Source of the DNA: Eledone cirrhosa
Lineage: Eukaryota
Assembly: GCA_964016885.1 (NCBI GenBank)
Contig: OZ024756.1
Coordinates: 16,492,001 to 16,556,000, forward strand
Length of the DNA stretch: 64,000 nucleotides
Direction: 5' to 3'
Made by a program: the position numbers and the translations under genes. The notes under the pieces are model-generated. The model was not told the DNA's origin. It did not search any database and saw nothing but the letters and a program-made list of their open reading frames with translations. Every line of letters begins with the position of its first letter. Within the stretch, counting starts at the first letter, position 1. This document shows, one piece after another, positions 1 to 12,147 of the stretch.

Positions 1-1940
1 TGGTCCTAGCTATCTGGTCACGAAGGGAAGGGTCAGTGACTGGGGTGTGGTCTTGGCTATCTGGCCACGAAGGGAAGGGTCAGTGACTGGGATGTGGTCC
101 TAGCTGTCTGGTCACGAAGGGAAGGGTCAGCGACTGGAATGTGGTCTTGGCTATCTGGTCACGAAGGGAAGGGTCAGTGACTAGGATGTGGTCTTGGCTA
201 TCTGGCCATGAAGGGAAGGGTCAGTGACTGGGATGTGGTCTTGGCTATCTGGTCACGAAGGGAAGGGTCAGTAACTGGGATGTGATCTTGGCTATCTGGT
301 CACGAAGGGAAGGGTCAGTGACTGGGATGTGGTCTTGGCTATCTGGTCACAAAGGGAAGGGTCAGTGACTGGGGTGTGGTCTTGGCTATCTGGTCACGAA
401 GGGAAGGGTCAGTGACTGGGATGTGGTCTTGGCTATCTGGTCACGAAGGGAAGGGTCAGTGACTGGGATGTGGTCTTGGCTATCTGGCCACGAAGGGAAG
501 GGTCAGTGACTCGGATGTGGTCTTGGCTATCTGGTCACAAAGGGAAGGGTCAGTGACTGGGGTGTGGTCTTGGCTATCTGGTCACGAAGGGAAGGGTCAG
601 TGACTGGGGTGTGGTCTTGGCTATCTGGTCACGAAGGGAAGGGTCAGTGACTGGGGTGTGGTCTTGGCTATCTGGTCACAAAGGGAAGGGTCAGTGACTG
701 GGGTGTGGTCTTGGCTATCTGGCCATGAAGGGAAGGGTCAGTGACTGGGATGTGGTCCGAGCTATCTGGCCACGAAGGGAAGGGTCAGTGACTGGGGTGT
801 GGTCTTGGCTATCTGGCCATGAAGGGAAGGGTCAGTGACTGGGGTGTGGTCTTGGCTATCTGGTCACAAAGGGAAGGGTCAGTGACTGGGGTGTGGTCTT
901 GGCTATCTGGTCACGAAGGGAAGGGTCAGTGACTGGGGTGTGGTCTTGGCTATCTGGTCACAAAGGGAAGGGTCAGTGACTGGGGTGTGGTCTTGGCTAT
1001 CTGGTCACAAAGGGAAGGGTCAGTGACTGGGGTGTGGTCTTGGCTATCTGGCCATGAAGGGAAGGGTCAGTGACTGGGGTGTGGTCTTGGCTATCTGGTC
1101 ACAAAGGGAAGGGTCAGTGACTGGGGTGTGGTCTTGGCTATCTGGCCATGAAGGGAAGGGTCAGTGACTGGGATGTGGTCTTGGCTATCTGGCCATGAAG
1201 GGAAGGGTCAGTGACTGGGATGTGGTCCGAGCTATCTGGTCACGAAGGGAAGGGTCAGTGACTGGGATGTGGTCTTGGCTATCTGGTCACGTAGGGAAGG
1301 GTCAGTGACTGGGGTGTGGTCTTGGCTATCTGGTCACGTAGGGAAGGGTCAGTGACTGGGGTGTGGTCTTGGCTATCTGGTCACGTAGGGAAGGGTCAGT
1401 GACTGGGGTGTGGTCTTGGCTATCTGGTCACAAAGGGAAGGGTCAGTGACTGGGGTGTGGTCTTGGCTATCTGGTCACAAAGGGAAGGGTCAGTGACTGG
1501 GGTGTGGTCTTGGCTATCTGGCCATGAAGGGAAGGGTCAGTGACTGGGGTGTGGTCTTGGCTATCTGGCCACGAAGGGAAGGGTCAGTGACTGGGGTGTG
1601 GTCTTGGCTATCTGGTCACGTAGGGAAGGGTCAGTGACTGGGGTGTGGTCTTGGCTATCTGGTCACGTAGGGAAGGGTCAGTGACTGGGGTGAGGTCTTG
1701 GCTATCTGGTCACGTAGGGAAGGGTCAGTGACTGGGGTGTGGTCTTGGCTATCTGGTCACGTAGGGAAGGGTCAGTGACTGGGGTGAGGTCTTGGCTATC
1801 TGGTCACGTAGGGAAGGGTCAGTGACTGGGGTGAGGTCTTGGCTATCTGGCCACGAAGGGAAGGGTCAGTGACTGGGGTGTGGTCTTGGCTATCTGGCCA
1901 TGAAGGGAAGGGTCAGTGACTGGGGTGTGGTCCTAGCTAT
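1..1940. repeat. G-rich minisatellite, 47-bp unit, ~41 copies, runs off the window start
   Basis: Unit GGGTCAGTGACTGGGGTGTGGTCTTGGCTATCTGGTCACGAAGGGAA; GGTCAGTGAC recurs at 31 and 78 (period 47). Confidence 0.97.
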
Positions 1941-2023
1941 TTTGAGAGTATGTGTTCTCCATGAGAGATCCTCAATAATTGTGTAGTTAAGCCTTAGGAA
2001 TGATCACAGAGCTTAAGCTGTAG

Positions 2024-2586
2024 GCATTTAAACCGGCCATATTTGACCAGAATTCTTTCAGCTCTTTCTGTTTAAACTGGCTGTAACCAGTCACTCATAC
2101 TGATGTTAAGTTATTGTCCTCAAAATATAAATCAAAATTTCATTTGAGATAATTATGTGAGGTAATGTCTTCATCGTGAAAATCATCATCATCACATCAT
2201 CATCATTTCATTTTACGTCCGCTTTTCCCTGCTTGCAAGGGTGGGACGGGAGCTGATTTTGGCTTGATTTCTACAGCTGGATGCCCTCCCTAACACCAAC
2301 CTCATTTACAGTGAGTGCTGGGTGCTTTTTTTTACCGTGGCACCTCCATGACCACTTTGCAGTGGAATGATATGGACCCCAGTCCCTATCATCTCATTTC
2401 TACAGCTGAGTAAACTGGAGCAATGTAAAATAAAGTGTCTTGCTCAAGGAAACAACACATCACCCGGTCTGAGAATATAACTCACAACCTTTCGATTGCA
2501 AGGCCAATGCTCTAACCACTAAACCATGTGCCTCCAATACAATAGTAAATATAGAGTAATGTAAATGTAAATGGTAAAGGTTTAAG
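2024..2586. mobile_element. piggyBac-like (TTAA) MITE copy interrupted by a SINE
   Basis: The left half (GCATTTAAACCGGCCATAT...GTGAAAA) and right half (TACAATAGTAAATATAGAGTAATGTAAATG...AAAGGTTTAA) match the two halves of the intact copy at 17763-17972. Confidence 0.8.
2185..2537 (-). mobile_element. tRNA-derived SINE family A (CORE-like centre, RTE-derived 3' tail, (ATG)n end)
   Basis: Minus strand starts GGAGGCACATGGTTTAGTGGTTAGAGC (A-box-like), then a B-box-like GTGAGTT segment and CCTTGAGCAAGACACTTT...CTCAGCTGTAGAAATG, and ends GGACGTAAAATGAAATGATGATG. Near-identical copies at 18226, 27784 and 28823. Confidence 0.85.
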
Positions 2587-3761
2587 ATGTGGTCTATTGT
2601 GGATACTTAACGAGGGTGTGGGGTGCAATGTTTGCTTGGGGTAGCAGTGCTTATCTTTTTTTTGTTTTGATTTTGTTGTTGGTTAAAGAGACAAAGTTGG
2701 TATAACTACATTGAAGGAATCTTTAATGGAATCAGTGGTGGCTTGGTGTGAGGTGTGGAGACTGGTTGAAAAAGGGATGGTATCATCTGAGTGTCGGCTT
2801 TGTTGGACATAATGTTCAGCTGGTCATTGGTGTGGAGAAAGAAAAGTGCAGGGACAGAATTGAATTTTGGGTCGTCACACCAGAATTGATAGTGGGGTAT
2901 AAAGAGGAAGTTCAATATAAGCTTGTATAGTGTGATCTAATTGTAAACTACTGACCCAAGAAATGACAAACAGCTGAAGCTGGTTAAAGGGCAGTTTTGA
3001 GAGGTGATTCATGTAGCAGACAGCCAAAAGCTTGGCTGATATTAAGTAAAACAATGTTGTTTTCACTAAGTTTCTCTCAGGTGAAGGCCCATTGGTGACT
3101 AACACAAGAGAGTAGGTCTTCAATAGATCTGTCTTTATAGAAACTGTATTGATGGTCATTACAGAGAAAGAGGGAGGGGGGATAGCATCATTGTTAAGGG
3201 ATGTGTCCATAACCTTTGAAATATTAGAAGTGGCAGGGTCAGAAGAGTTACCTCTCTTGAGGATGGGACATACAGTAGCGTGTTTCCAAAGATCATAGTC
3301 TCTCTGTAGAGAAGGGGAGCTAGAACAGTTTGTTGAGTATAGGGGTACATTAAAGGTAATGGAATGGACATTGTGAGGGCTGTTTTAAAACGAATGGAGG
3401 TACTTCCTCACTTGATATATATGTATGATGGAGTATCATTTGGGATGGTGGGAAGAATAGGAGTCTAAGCCTATGCTAGCATGGAAAATGGACGTTGTGT
3501 GCAGTGTGAAGTTGGATGCTAAGCAAGTACTAAAGGTGGAAGCTTTCTTTGTGAGGGTTCTGCTCACAGAACCACCATTGTTTTCCACCAGAAGTCGGTA
3601 TATTGTCTTGCACTGGTTATGCTGACTTCCCCATTTTGGATATTTATTCTCTGAACATTGTTACCACCAGATCATTAATGGGTAAACCACTTTGGGCCCT
3701 GCCCTCTCAAAATTCAATCTTTTGGAACTCTCATATGTTTACTGTTTGTTCTTAGCCAGCT

Positions 3762-3916
3762 TTTTAACACCAAACTCTCACTACCAAAGTACCATTGATT
3801 TAACACCAAACTCTTTACAAACTCTCACCATCAGAGTACCAGAGATTTAACACCAAAATCTCACTACCAAAGTACCAGTCAGTTAACACCAAGCTCTTCA
3901 CAAACTCATCACCAAT
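3762..3916. repeat. Short degenerate tandem repeat (TTTAACACCAAACTCTCACTACCAAAGTACCA-like, ~4 copies)
   Basis: TTAACACCAA recurs four times, followed by similar A(A/G)AGTACCA segments. Confidence 0.7.
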
Positions 3917-4587
3917 CAGATTGCGGCAATTTCTGAAAGTTTGCAGATATTGCATTATTACTCCAAGTGGCTTTTATCCCATGCCTTTGGAACTTGATTT
4001 TCTTAATCTGCACCATCTAAAGTCCCTCAGACACTAAAGGCCAATTACATTAAGCTGACCATTTTCAAAAAATGCTAACTGAAAAATCTCAAATCTGGGT
4101 CTTGAGGACTATTTTTGAAAAACTAAGAAGTTTAGGTGGCTGTTACTGAAGAGCAACAACCTTTGAGCAAATCCTCTTCTCTAATTATCCAATATGGCTT
4201 GGACCCTTGACAGAACACTTGGATTCAGTTTTCCAAAGGCATAACTTTCAGAGTATCAAGGGAGTTAAAAGCAGAAAAAGTGCAAAAATGCACATTTTAA
4301 TAAAATCTTTGACCCATGATAACTGCTTATCATGAAGTTAAAACCATATAAAACTATATATATTCTGAAAGTGCACCTGGAGGTGAGTCTAGAAAAATAA
4401 AGTATTTTAAACTGATGTAGGAATATATTTGCATCTCATGATAATGACTCAAAATGGAAATTACCACTTTGGGCGACAATTTGGAAATCTTTTAAGTTTA
4501 AAAATTCTTGAACATTGACCTCTTGACTCTACAAAAATATTGTGATTGGCAAATATTCTGGGACTAATGTGTGTGTGTGTGTGTGAA

Positions 4588-4910
4588 AGGGCATGGCTTA
4601 GTAATTAAAGCATTGGTCTTACAATTATCAGGTTGTGAGTTCAACTCCGGGACAGGGTGGTCCATTGTGTCCTTGAGCAAGACACTTTGTTTCACATTAC
4701 TCTAGTTCACTCAGCTGTAGAAATGAGTAGCAACATCACTGGTGCCAAGCTGTGTCAGCCATTGCCTATTCTTTGGACAACATCGGTGATGTAACGAGGG
4801 AAGACTTGGTAACTGCTGGTTTTCCACAAGACCATGTCCAGATTTGTGCCTCTGAGGGGAACATTCTAGGTGCAAAACCATTGTCATTTTGACCGAAGTG
4901 GGTCCTCATG
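4588..4910 (+). mobile_element. tRNA-derived SINE with the family A head/CORE-like region but a different 3' part
   Basis: GCATGGCTTAGTAATTAAAGC...GTGAGTTCAACTCC...TGTGTCCTTGAGCAAGACACTTT...CTCAGCTGTAGAAATGAG, then sequence unrelated to the family A tail. Confidence 0.75.
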
Positions 4911-4917
4911 AATATAT

Positions 4918-7900
4918 ATCATCATCATCATCCTTTAAAGTTTATTTTCCATGGGTTAGATGGGTTTGTCCCATTAGAGGCAAGTTGGGTCAGGTGACCG
5001 TGTCTTGCTCATATAGACTGATTCTGGCTAGATTTCTATGGCTGAACACCAACCACATTTACAGTGTGGGCTGGGTTCTTTTTGTCGTGTCTCCTACATG
5101 ACCACTTTGCAGTGTGGGTTGGGTACTTTTTGTTGTGACACCATCGCAACAACTTTACAGTGTAGGCTAGATGTTTTTGTGATACCAACATAAATTTACA
5201 GTGTAAGGGTGGTGTAGGCAGAAGTGAGTGGGTGGGGGTGTATGGAAGGGGGTATTGTGGATTAAGAGGTGCCTACTAGATGTATGTTTGAGTATGTGTG
5301 CATGGGAAGGTGTGTCTTCTGTATTACTGCATAACGCCAAAGATCTCGATCCTGTGTCATTGTCTTTGAAATATGCAATAGTGTAAAGTTAGCTTTTATC
5401 ACCTCATCCCAGGTATTCCTACTCCATAGCTTCCATCAATTTTGATCGCCCTGCACCTTTTTATACAGCTGTCGTCCTTTATACGCATCACATGACCATA
5501 CCAACACAATCGCTTCTCTAGTATACTGCATCTGAACCCTCTTATGCCTAATTTCTCACTCAGTTCATTTACGCTTTGCCATTCGTGTATATTACCATTA
5601 CACATCCATCGGAGCATGCATGCTTCATTTCTTTCCAATCTGCACAGGTCCTCTGCACACAGTGCCCAGGTCTCACTACCATGTAACATTGATGTTTGTA
5701 TACATGCATCATACAATCTGCCCTTCATTTTAAGGGAAAAACCTTTCGTGGCTAACAGTGGTAGTAGCTCTCTGAACTTTCTCCATCCTGTTCTTACTCT
5801 GGCTACTGTACTTTCAGAACTCCCTCCTCCACTGCGTATTTCATCACCCAGGTAACAAATTGTCAACTATGTCTATAGAACCGTCTGGGCAATTGAAGGA
5901 GCTATTATCCTGTGGGCACGTGCTTCTTACTGCACTTGAGCATCAGCCACATATAAAATCTGCATTCTTTGATAGCTGCCTGTGAATCCCACTACATCTT
6001 TTATGTACCCATAGTTTACATATGGAGCATAGGAGGGAATTTCTACCTACTCCTTTCTACATACTAGAACTTTAGTCTTAGTCAAGTTAACTTTAAGACC
6101 TTTTGATTCTAGGCCATGCTTCCATGTTTGGAATTTTTTCTAGTTCTGCCATAGATTCAGCTATGAGAGTTAGATAGACCCCATATGCAGCCAGTCTTAA
6201 ACCCTTCAATAATAAACAGGAGGCTTGATGAACACCTACTTTTACGCTAAATTCTTCACTATATTCATTGTTAATTCTAACCTTGCTGACTGTTCCTCTA
6301 TGCATGGCTTGTATAGCTTTCACAAGCCATTCATCTACTCCGAGTTTTCTAAGTGCCCACCAGATATTGGAGCTGTGGACTCTGTCAAAGGCTTTCTCCA
6401 GGTCAACAAAAGCTAAGTAGAGGGGTTTACTTGTAGCTAAGTACTTCTATAGTTGCCTTATGACGAAGAGAGCATACATGATACTTTTACCTACCTGATA
6501 CAAATCCAAACTGCATTTCATCTAGATCAATTCGGTCCCTAATCAGTTGTGTAATAACTCTTTCTATGACTTTCATGCCCTGGTCTACTAACTTAATGCC
6601 TCTATAGTTTTCTCTATCTAGAGCGTTCCTTTGCTCTTGTAGCAGTTGACGATGATGCTGCTATGGTATGACCCCATTCTGTATTACTTGGTTTACCATC
6701 CAAGTGACCATGGTGTGTCCCGCCATTTCAGATGCATTCAGCATCTCAGCAACTATCTCCGAAGGTCCAGCTGTCTTGCCTGACTTCATATCTTTGATTG
6801 CCTTACTATACTACCATTAACTTGCACAGCTGATCCTTCTGTTGGGTCTAGTTGGGGCAATCTTATCTTCATCCCATTCATTCTTGTCATTTAGTAGTCT
6901 TTCATAGTGGCACTTCCATGTTACCCTATCAGTATCAGTGAGGGCAAGTATGCCATTGTCATCATGGACACACTTCTCCCCGACAATATCAAGGTTTTCC
7001 CTGACACACTACCTTGCAATCCTGAACACCTCACGCCTTTGGTCTTCGCATTGTAGAACATGCTTAAACTTTTTATCTTCTGCTTGCGTACTTGCAAAGT
7101 ACATTTGTCACCTAGCTTCTCTCCTAGCCACCAGGTAGTGTTCTCTACTTCCTCCATCCCACCATTCATTCTTAATTGTCTCCTCCACCCTACTGTTCCA
7201 CCACCAAGTCACTCTCCTTCTCCCCAGAGGCCTGTTCCAGCCACAGATTTCATTTGTTACCTTCAGTAGGCTATCTTTCAGGAATTTCCACTGTTCCTCT
7301 ATACTGTATGTCTCTATTTGCTCTTCTTTACTGGCTGTGAGTTCCTTCAACTTCCACAGTCTTCTTCTCCAGCTTGTCCCTTGTTGTCTAGCCCTGACTA
7401 TAAGGTTCTTAACTATTAGGTTATGTTGGGAGGTGCATTCCCCACCAGGAAGGGACTTAGTGTTTACAACTATTACTCTGTTTCATATTCTGGTAAGGAT
7501 AAAAATCTATCTGTCTGGTATACTCCCCTAATCTATATAGGTGATCAAGTGATTGTCTCGTTTTTTGAAATTTGTGTTACATATAGTTAGGTTATTAGGT
7601 TATTGGTATCACAGAATTCCAGGATCCTGTAACCTTCCTTATTTCTAGTATCAAACCCATAACCTCCATGGATCCTGTTGTAGCCATCACAGTGTTGTCC
7701 AAAATGCCAGTAATGATTATGTAGTCACTGTTTAGGAAGTAGTGAGCATTAGCAACTCATAGAACCTGTCTTTTATAACGTCAGGTAGACCAAATTGGGG
7801 GGCATAAGCAGATATAATCGACACAGTTGTTCTATTCAGAACTAATCTAATTTTAATGATTGTCATTCACTCTATTTACAGTAATTACCTTATCTACCCA

Positions 7901-8165
7901 TTTTTCTGCTAACATAATTCCTACACCATCCAGAAAAATCTATAGCATCGTTTTTTTTTGCCCACAATGAATCCTCCCCTCCACCTAGTCTCAGCAAATA
8001 TCAGCTTCCTTTCATCCCAGCATCTCTACAATCTCATTTGATCATCCTTTCCTCGTGTCTACGTTTATGGTAAAGTTATGGAGTTCACTGGGAGAGAGGG
8101 TGGAATTGGGATTGGGGGGCTAGTGGAGTGGGAGATGGATTTATGTTGGTTTTCATCTTCCATGC
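4918..8165 (-). mobile_element. Decayed near-full-length RTE-clade LINE (APE endonuclease + RT + 3' UTR)
   Basis: Minus-strand fragments include IISAYAPQ (~7795-7820, APE motif), TWWWNS (7108-7350), SVKVGVHQ (6093-6323) and YLGD...GSETW...RLCWYGHV (5399-5866). 3' UTR and (ATG)n tail at 4918-5280. Many stops and frameshifts; homologous to 60046-61632. Confidence 0.9.
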
Positions 8166-8340
8166 CTGAAATAAAGAGGAATGTTTACTTTGACATCTGG
8201 AGACGGGAGGTGAATTCATCTCCATCTCTGTAGTCCATGTTTAGTAGTAGTCAAATGATAGGACCGAACGAACTACAGAGAGAGAGAGATAGGTGTAGGA
8301 GGCTGAAAAGAGCTTACATTATAGTAACTTGAAGCTATAA

Positions 8341-8535
8341 GGGCGGTGGATTGGCAGTATCGATAGAGGATCGGATACTATGCTTTGCAGCATAGAGTTT
8401 CGGCCCTTTATGGTCTGAATGGTTCAAATCCCACCGAAGTTAACTTTGCCTTTCATCCTTACGAGGTCGATAAAATAAAGCACCAGTAATGCACTGGGAT
8501 AATTGCTGGCCTTGTGCCAAAAGTAGAAACAATTA
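8341..8535 (+). mobile_element. tRNA-derived SINE family B (Deu/Nin-like central domain)
   Basis: GGCGGTGGATTGGCAG head, GGTTCAAATCC B-box, and the conserved block AACTTTGCCTTTCATCCTTACGAGGTCGATAAAATAAAG-ACCAG. Near-identical copy at 40251-40440. Confidence 0.8.
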
Positions 8536-8695
8536 TAGTAACTTGAAGCAACAGTAGAGTTCGATGAACTCCAGGTAGAGAGCGGTGTGTATGAATATAC
8601 AGGTAAAATTCTGTTATAACGGAATTTTACCTGTGTATGAATATACAGGTAAAATTCTGTTATAACGGAATTTTACCTGTGTATGAATGAATATA

Positions 8696-8856
8696 CAGGT
8701 AAAATTCCGTTATAACGAATGTTTCAGTATAACGAAATTCTTTTCAATCTCCTGCCTCGCGTTCGATGTGTTAAGTCGATCTCGTTATTAAGAAATTTTT
8801 GTTAGAACAAATTTTTTTTTATACCCCGTGAATTTCGTTATAATGGAATTTCACTG
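8696..8856. mobile_element. Tc1/pogo-like MITE preceded by two palindromic TIR-derived units
   Basis: TA|CAGGTAAAATTCCGTTATAACGAA ... TTCGTTATAATGGAATTTCACTG terminal inverted repeats. Confidence 0.7.
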
Positions 8857-9112
8857 TTTATATATATGCATATATATACATACATGTATGTGTGTATATA
8901 TACATGTATGTATGTATGTGTATGTATGTATGTATATATATGTATGTATGTGTGTATATATATATGTGTGTGTATATATGTGTGTGTGTGTGTATATATA
9001 TGTATGTACTCGCACATGGGGGGTCATATTCGAAGTGAAGTGTAGATATGGAAGTTGGGGACAAAACAAATAAGGGAAAAATAGAATATATATATATATA
9101 TATATATATATA
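8857..9112. repeat. (TA)n/(TATG)n/(TG)n microsatellites
   Basis: Direct inspection. Confidence 0.9.
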
Positions 9113-9473
9113 TCATCATCATCATCATCGTTTAATGTCCATCTTCCACGCTAGCATGGATAGTTAATAAAGGCAACAGGCAAACCACAAAGAGACAATT
9201 TCTACACACTTATATTAGTTTCACGCTTGGTGGAGGAGGTTTTGACGTTTCAGACAGAAGTCCTTCTTCGGGAAAGTTCAGATAAGGCGAGAACAGACAC
9301 ACATAAGAGGAGTTAGAGAAGGTTAGGGAAAGAAATAAAAAAAACTGTTTCTTTGAAGTGATAATCTCCAGCCACTTTATATGATGAAGTGGCTGGAAGG
9401 GGACACTTGACCTGAAGTAAGGGGAAAGGGAAATAGTCTGAAACAACAGCAAATACTAAATAATATATTGGTA

Positions 9474-10468
9474 CTGTTGTTAGGTTGTGGTGTTATGGTG
9501 TGACTGTTGTTAGGTTGTGGTGTTATGGTGTGACTGTTGTTAGGTTGTGTTATCGTGTGACAGTTGTTAGGTTGTGGTGTTATCGTGTGACTGTTGTTAG
9601 GTTGTGGTGTGACTGTTGTTAGGTTGTGTTGTGGTGTTATGGTGTAACTGTTGTTGTGGTTTTAGGTTGTGGTGTTATGGTATGACTGTTGTTAGGTTGT
9701 GGTGTTATGGTGTGACTGTTGTTAGGTTGTGGTGTTATGGTGTGACTGTTGTTAGGTTGTGGTGTTGTGGTGTGACTGTTGTTATGGTGTTATGGTGTGA
9801 CTGTTGTTAGGTTGTGGTGTTATGGTGTGACTGTTGTTAGGTTGTGTTATCGTGTGACAGTTGTTAGGTTGTGGTGTTATCGTGTGACTGTTGTTAGGTT
9901 GTGGTGTGACTGTTGTTAGGTTGTGTTGTGGTGTTATGGTGTAACTGTTGTTGTGGTTTTAGGTTGTGGTGTTATGGTATGACTGTTGTTAGGTTGTGGT
10001 GTTATCGTGTGACAGTTGTTAGGTTGTGGTGTGACTGTTGTTAGGTTGTGTTGTGGTGTTATGGTGTAACTGTTGTTGTGGTGTTAGGTTGTGGTGTTAT
10101 GGTATGACTGTTGTTAGGTTGTGGTGTTATGGTGTGACTGTTGTTAGGTTGTGTTATCGTGTGACAGTTGTTAGGTTGTGGTGTTATCGTGTGACTGTTG
10201 TTAGGTTGTGTTGTGGTGTTATGGTGTAACTGTTGTTGTGGTGTTATGGTATGACTGTTGTTAGGTTGTGGTGTTATGGTGTGACTGTTGTTAGGTTGTG
10301 GTGTTGTGGTGTGACTGTTGTTAGGTTGTGTTATCGTGTGACAGTTGTTAGGTTGTGGTGTTATCGTGTGACTGTTGTTAGGCTGTGGTGTTATAGTGTG
10401 ACTGTTAGGTTGTGGTGTTGTGGTGTGACTGTTGTTAGGTTGTGGTGTTGTGGTGTTATGGTGTGACT
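9474..10468. repeat. GT-rich minisatellite, ~30-bp unit with deletion variants
   Basis: Unit GTTAGGTTGTGGTGTTATGGTGTGACTGTT; ORF track shows a 10-aa period (YGVTVVRLWC). Confidence 0.95.
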
Positions 10469-10481
10469 CTTGCACAACACG

Positions 10482-10790
10482 TATCTTTCATAAGAAATAT
10501 AGTAATGAAAGGTTTAGACATAGGCAATGTCTTTCATTAGAAATATGGTAATGAAACGGTTAATGATATAGACAGTGTCTTTCATTAGAAATATGGTAAT
10601 GAAAGGGTTAATGATATAGACAGTGTCTTTCATTAGAAATATGGTAATGAAACGGTTAATGATATAGACAGTGTCTTTCATTAGAAATATGGTAATGAAA
10701 GGGTTAATGATATAGACAGTGTCTTTCATTAGAAATATGGTAATGAAAGGGTTAATGACATAGGCAGTGTCTTTCATTGGAAATATGGTA
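10482..10790. repeat. 48-bp minisatellite, ~6.5 copies
   Basis: GTCTTTCATTAGAAATATGGTAATGAAAGGGTTAATGATATAGACAGT repeats; 16-aa period in the ORF track. Confidence 0.95.
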
Positions 10791-11499
10791 AAACACAGAC
10801 AGTGTTTTAGTTGATTTAATTTAATTTAATTCATTTTATAGACCCTGATGAGCTGGTTTACAAGAACGTATTCTACATTCTTAGATAGTTTGGTCAAACA
10901 ATTGTTGGTCAATTAGACATATAAAAGTCTTGTTTTGTTTATATATTTTTGTAATGAAAATATTATTTCAATTTATTGATTTTGAAAATAATTAAATATG
11001 TAAAGGACTTAGTAATATAACTTTGTTTTTAATAAAATCATCAAATTCTGTTGTTTCAGTTCAAGTTAGTTCTTGTTTGTCATTGTAGACAGGTTCGAAG
11101 ACAATGTTTGGTGTTGTACATTCTAATTTCTTACATACAAGGTTTTGAATAAAATTATGACACGGGTTTTAATTTAAACCTTTTTTTAATTTTTTTTATT
11201 GTGGAACCCAATCCTCTCTCAGGGAGGCTTGGTGTAAAAACAAGATTATTTTCTAAAGGTGAATTTGATGTCCAAGATATATGTAGCAGGATTAGGGGTT
11301 CCAGGAAGGGCCAATAAACATTAGAAAAAGGATAGCTTTTTTTTATAGATTAGAATGGAAAGAACTCCTGTCTGTTTTGACAATGGCTGTTCCAGTTGTT
11401 TGATCAATGGAATAGCCTTCTTGTGAAATTAATATGCAAATGGCTGAGTATTCTGCATTTCTAGCATGAACTTTAGAAAGCAGATGATGTATACAAAAA

Positions 11500-12136
11500 G
11501 ATCTGTCCACCAGTAGCAGCACTGCGACAGAGATGAGACAGGACTGAGCTGACTGGTGGTATGTTATAATATAAGACCTGTGTACCAGTAGCAGCACTGG
11601 GACAGAGATGACTGGTGGTATGTTATAATATAAGACCTGTCTACCAGTAGCAGCACTGTGACAGAGATGACTGGTGGTATGTTATAATATAAGACCTGTC
11701 TACCAGTAGCAGCACTGGGACAGAGATGACTGGTGGTATGTTATAATATAAGACCTGTCTACCAGTAGCAGCACTGTGACAGAGATGACTGGTGGTATGT
11801 TATAATATAAGACCTGTCTACCAGTAGCAGCACTGTGACAGAGATGACTGGTGGTATGTTATAATATAAGACCTGTCTACCAGTAGCAGCACTGTGACAG
11901 AGATGACTGGTGGTATGTTATAATATAAGACCTGTCTACCAGTAGCAGCACTGTGACAGAGATGACTGGTGGTATGTTATAATATAAGACCTGTCTACCA
12001 GTAGCAGCACTGTGACAGAGATGACTGGTGGTATGTTATAATATAAGACCTGTCTACCAGTAGCAGTACTGGGACAGAGATGACAGTGCACTGAGCTGAC
12101 TGGTGGTATGTTATAATATAAGACCTGTCTACCAGT
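11500..12136. repeat. 59-bp minisatellite, ~10.5 copies
   Basis: GACCTGTCTACCAGTAGCAGCACTGTGACAGAGATGACTGGTGGTATGTTATAATATAA shifts by 1 base per 60-nt line. Confidence 0.95.
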
Positions 12137-12147
12137 ACAAGAAGTGA

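Noticed and set aside
2440-2537. tRNA gene
   Set aside because: SINE head: box-like motifs are present but no complete acceptor stem was found, and it continues into the SINE body.
2590-3420. Short ORFs 2706-3371
   Set aside because: No recognisable motif; possibly an ancient TE remnant but unsupported.
9474-10468. Telomeric repeat (contains TTAGG)
   Set aside because: TTAGG occurs once per 30-bp unit, not as tandem telomeric repeats.
10840-10875. CTGATGAG hammerhead start
   Set aside because: No GAAA core or stem I partner.
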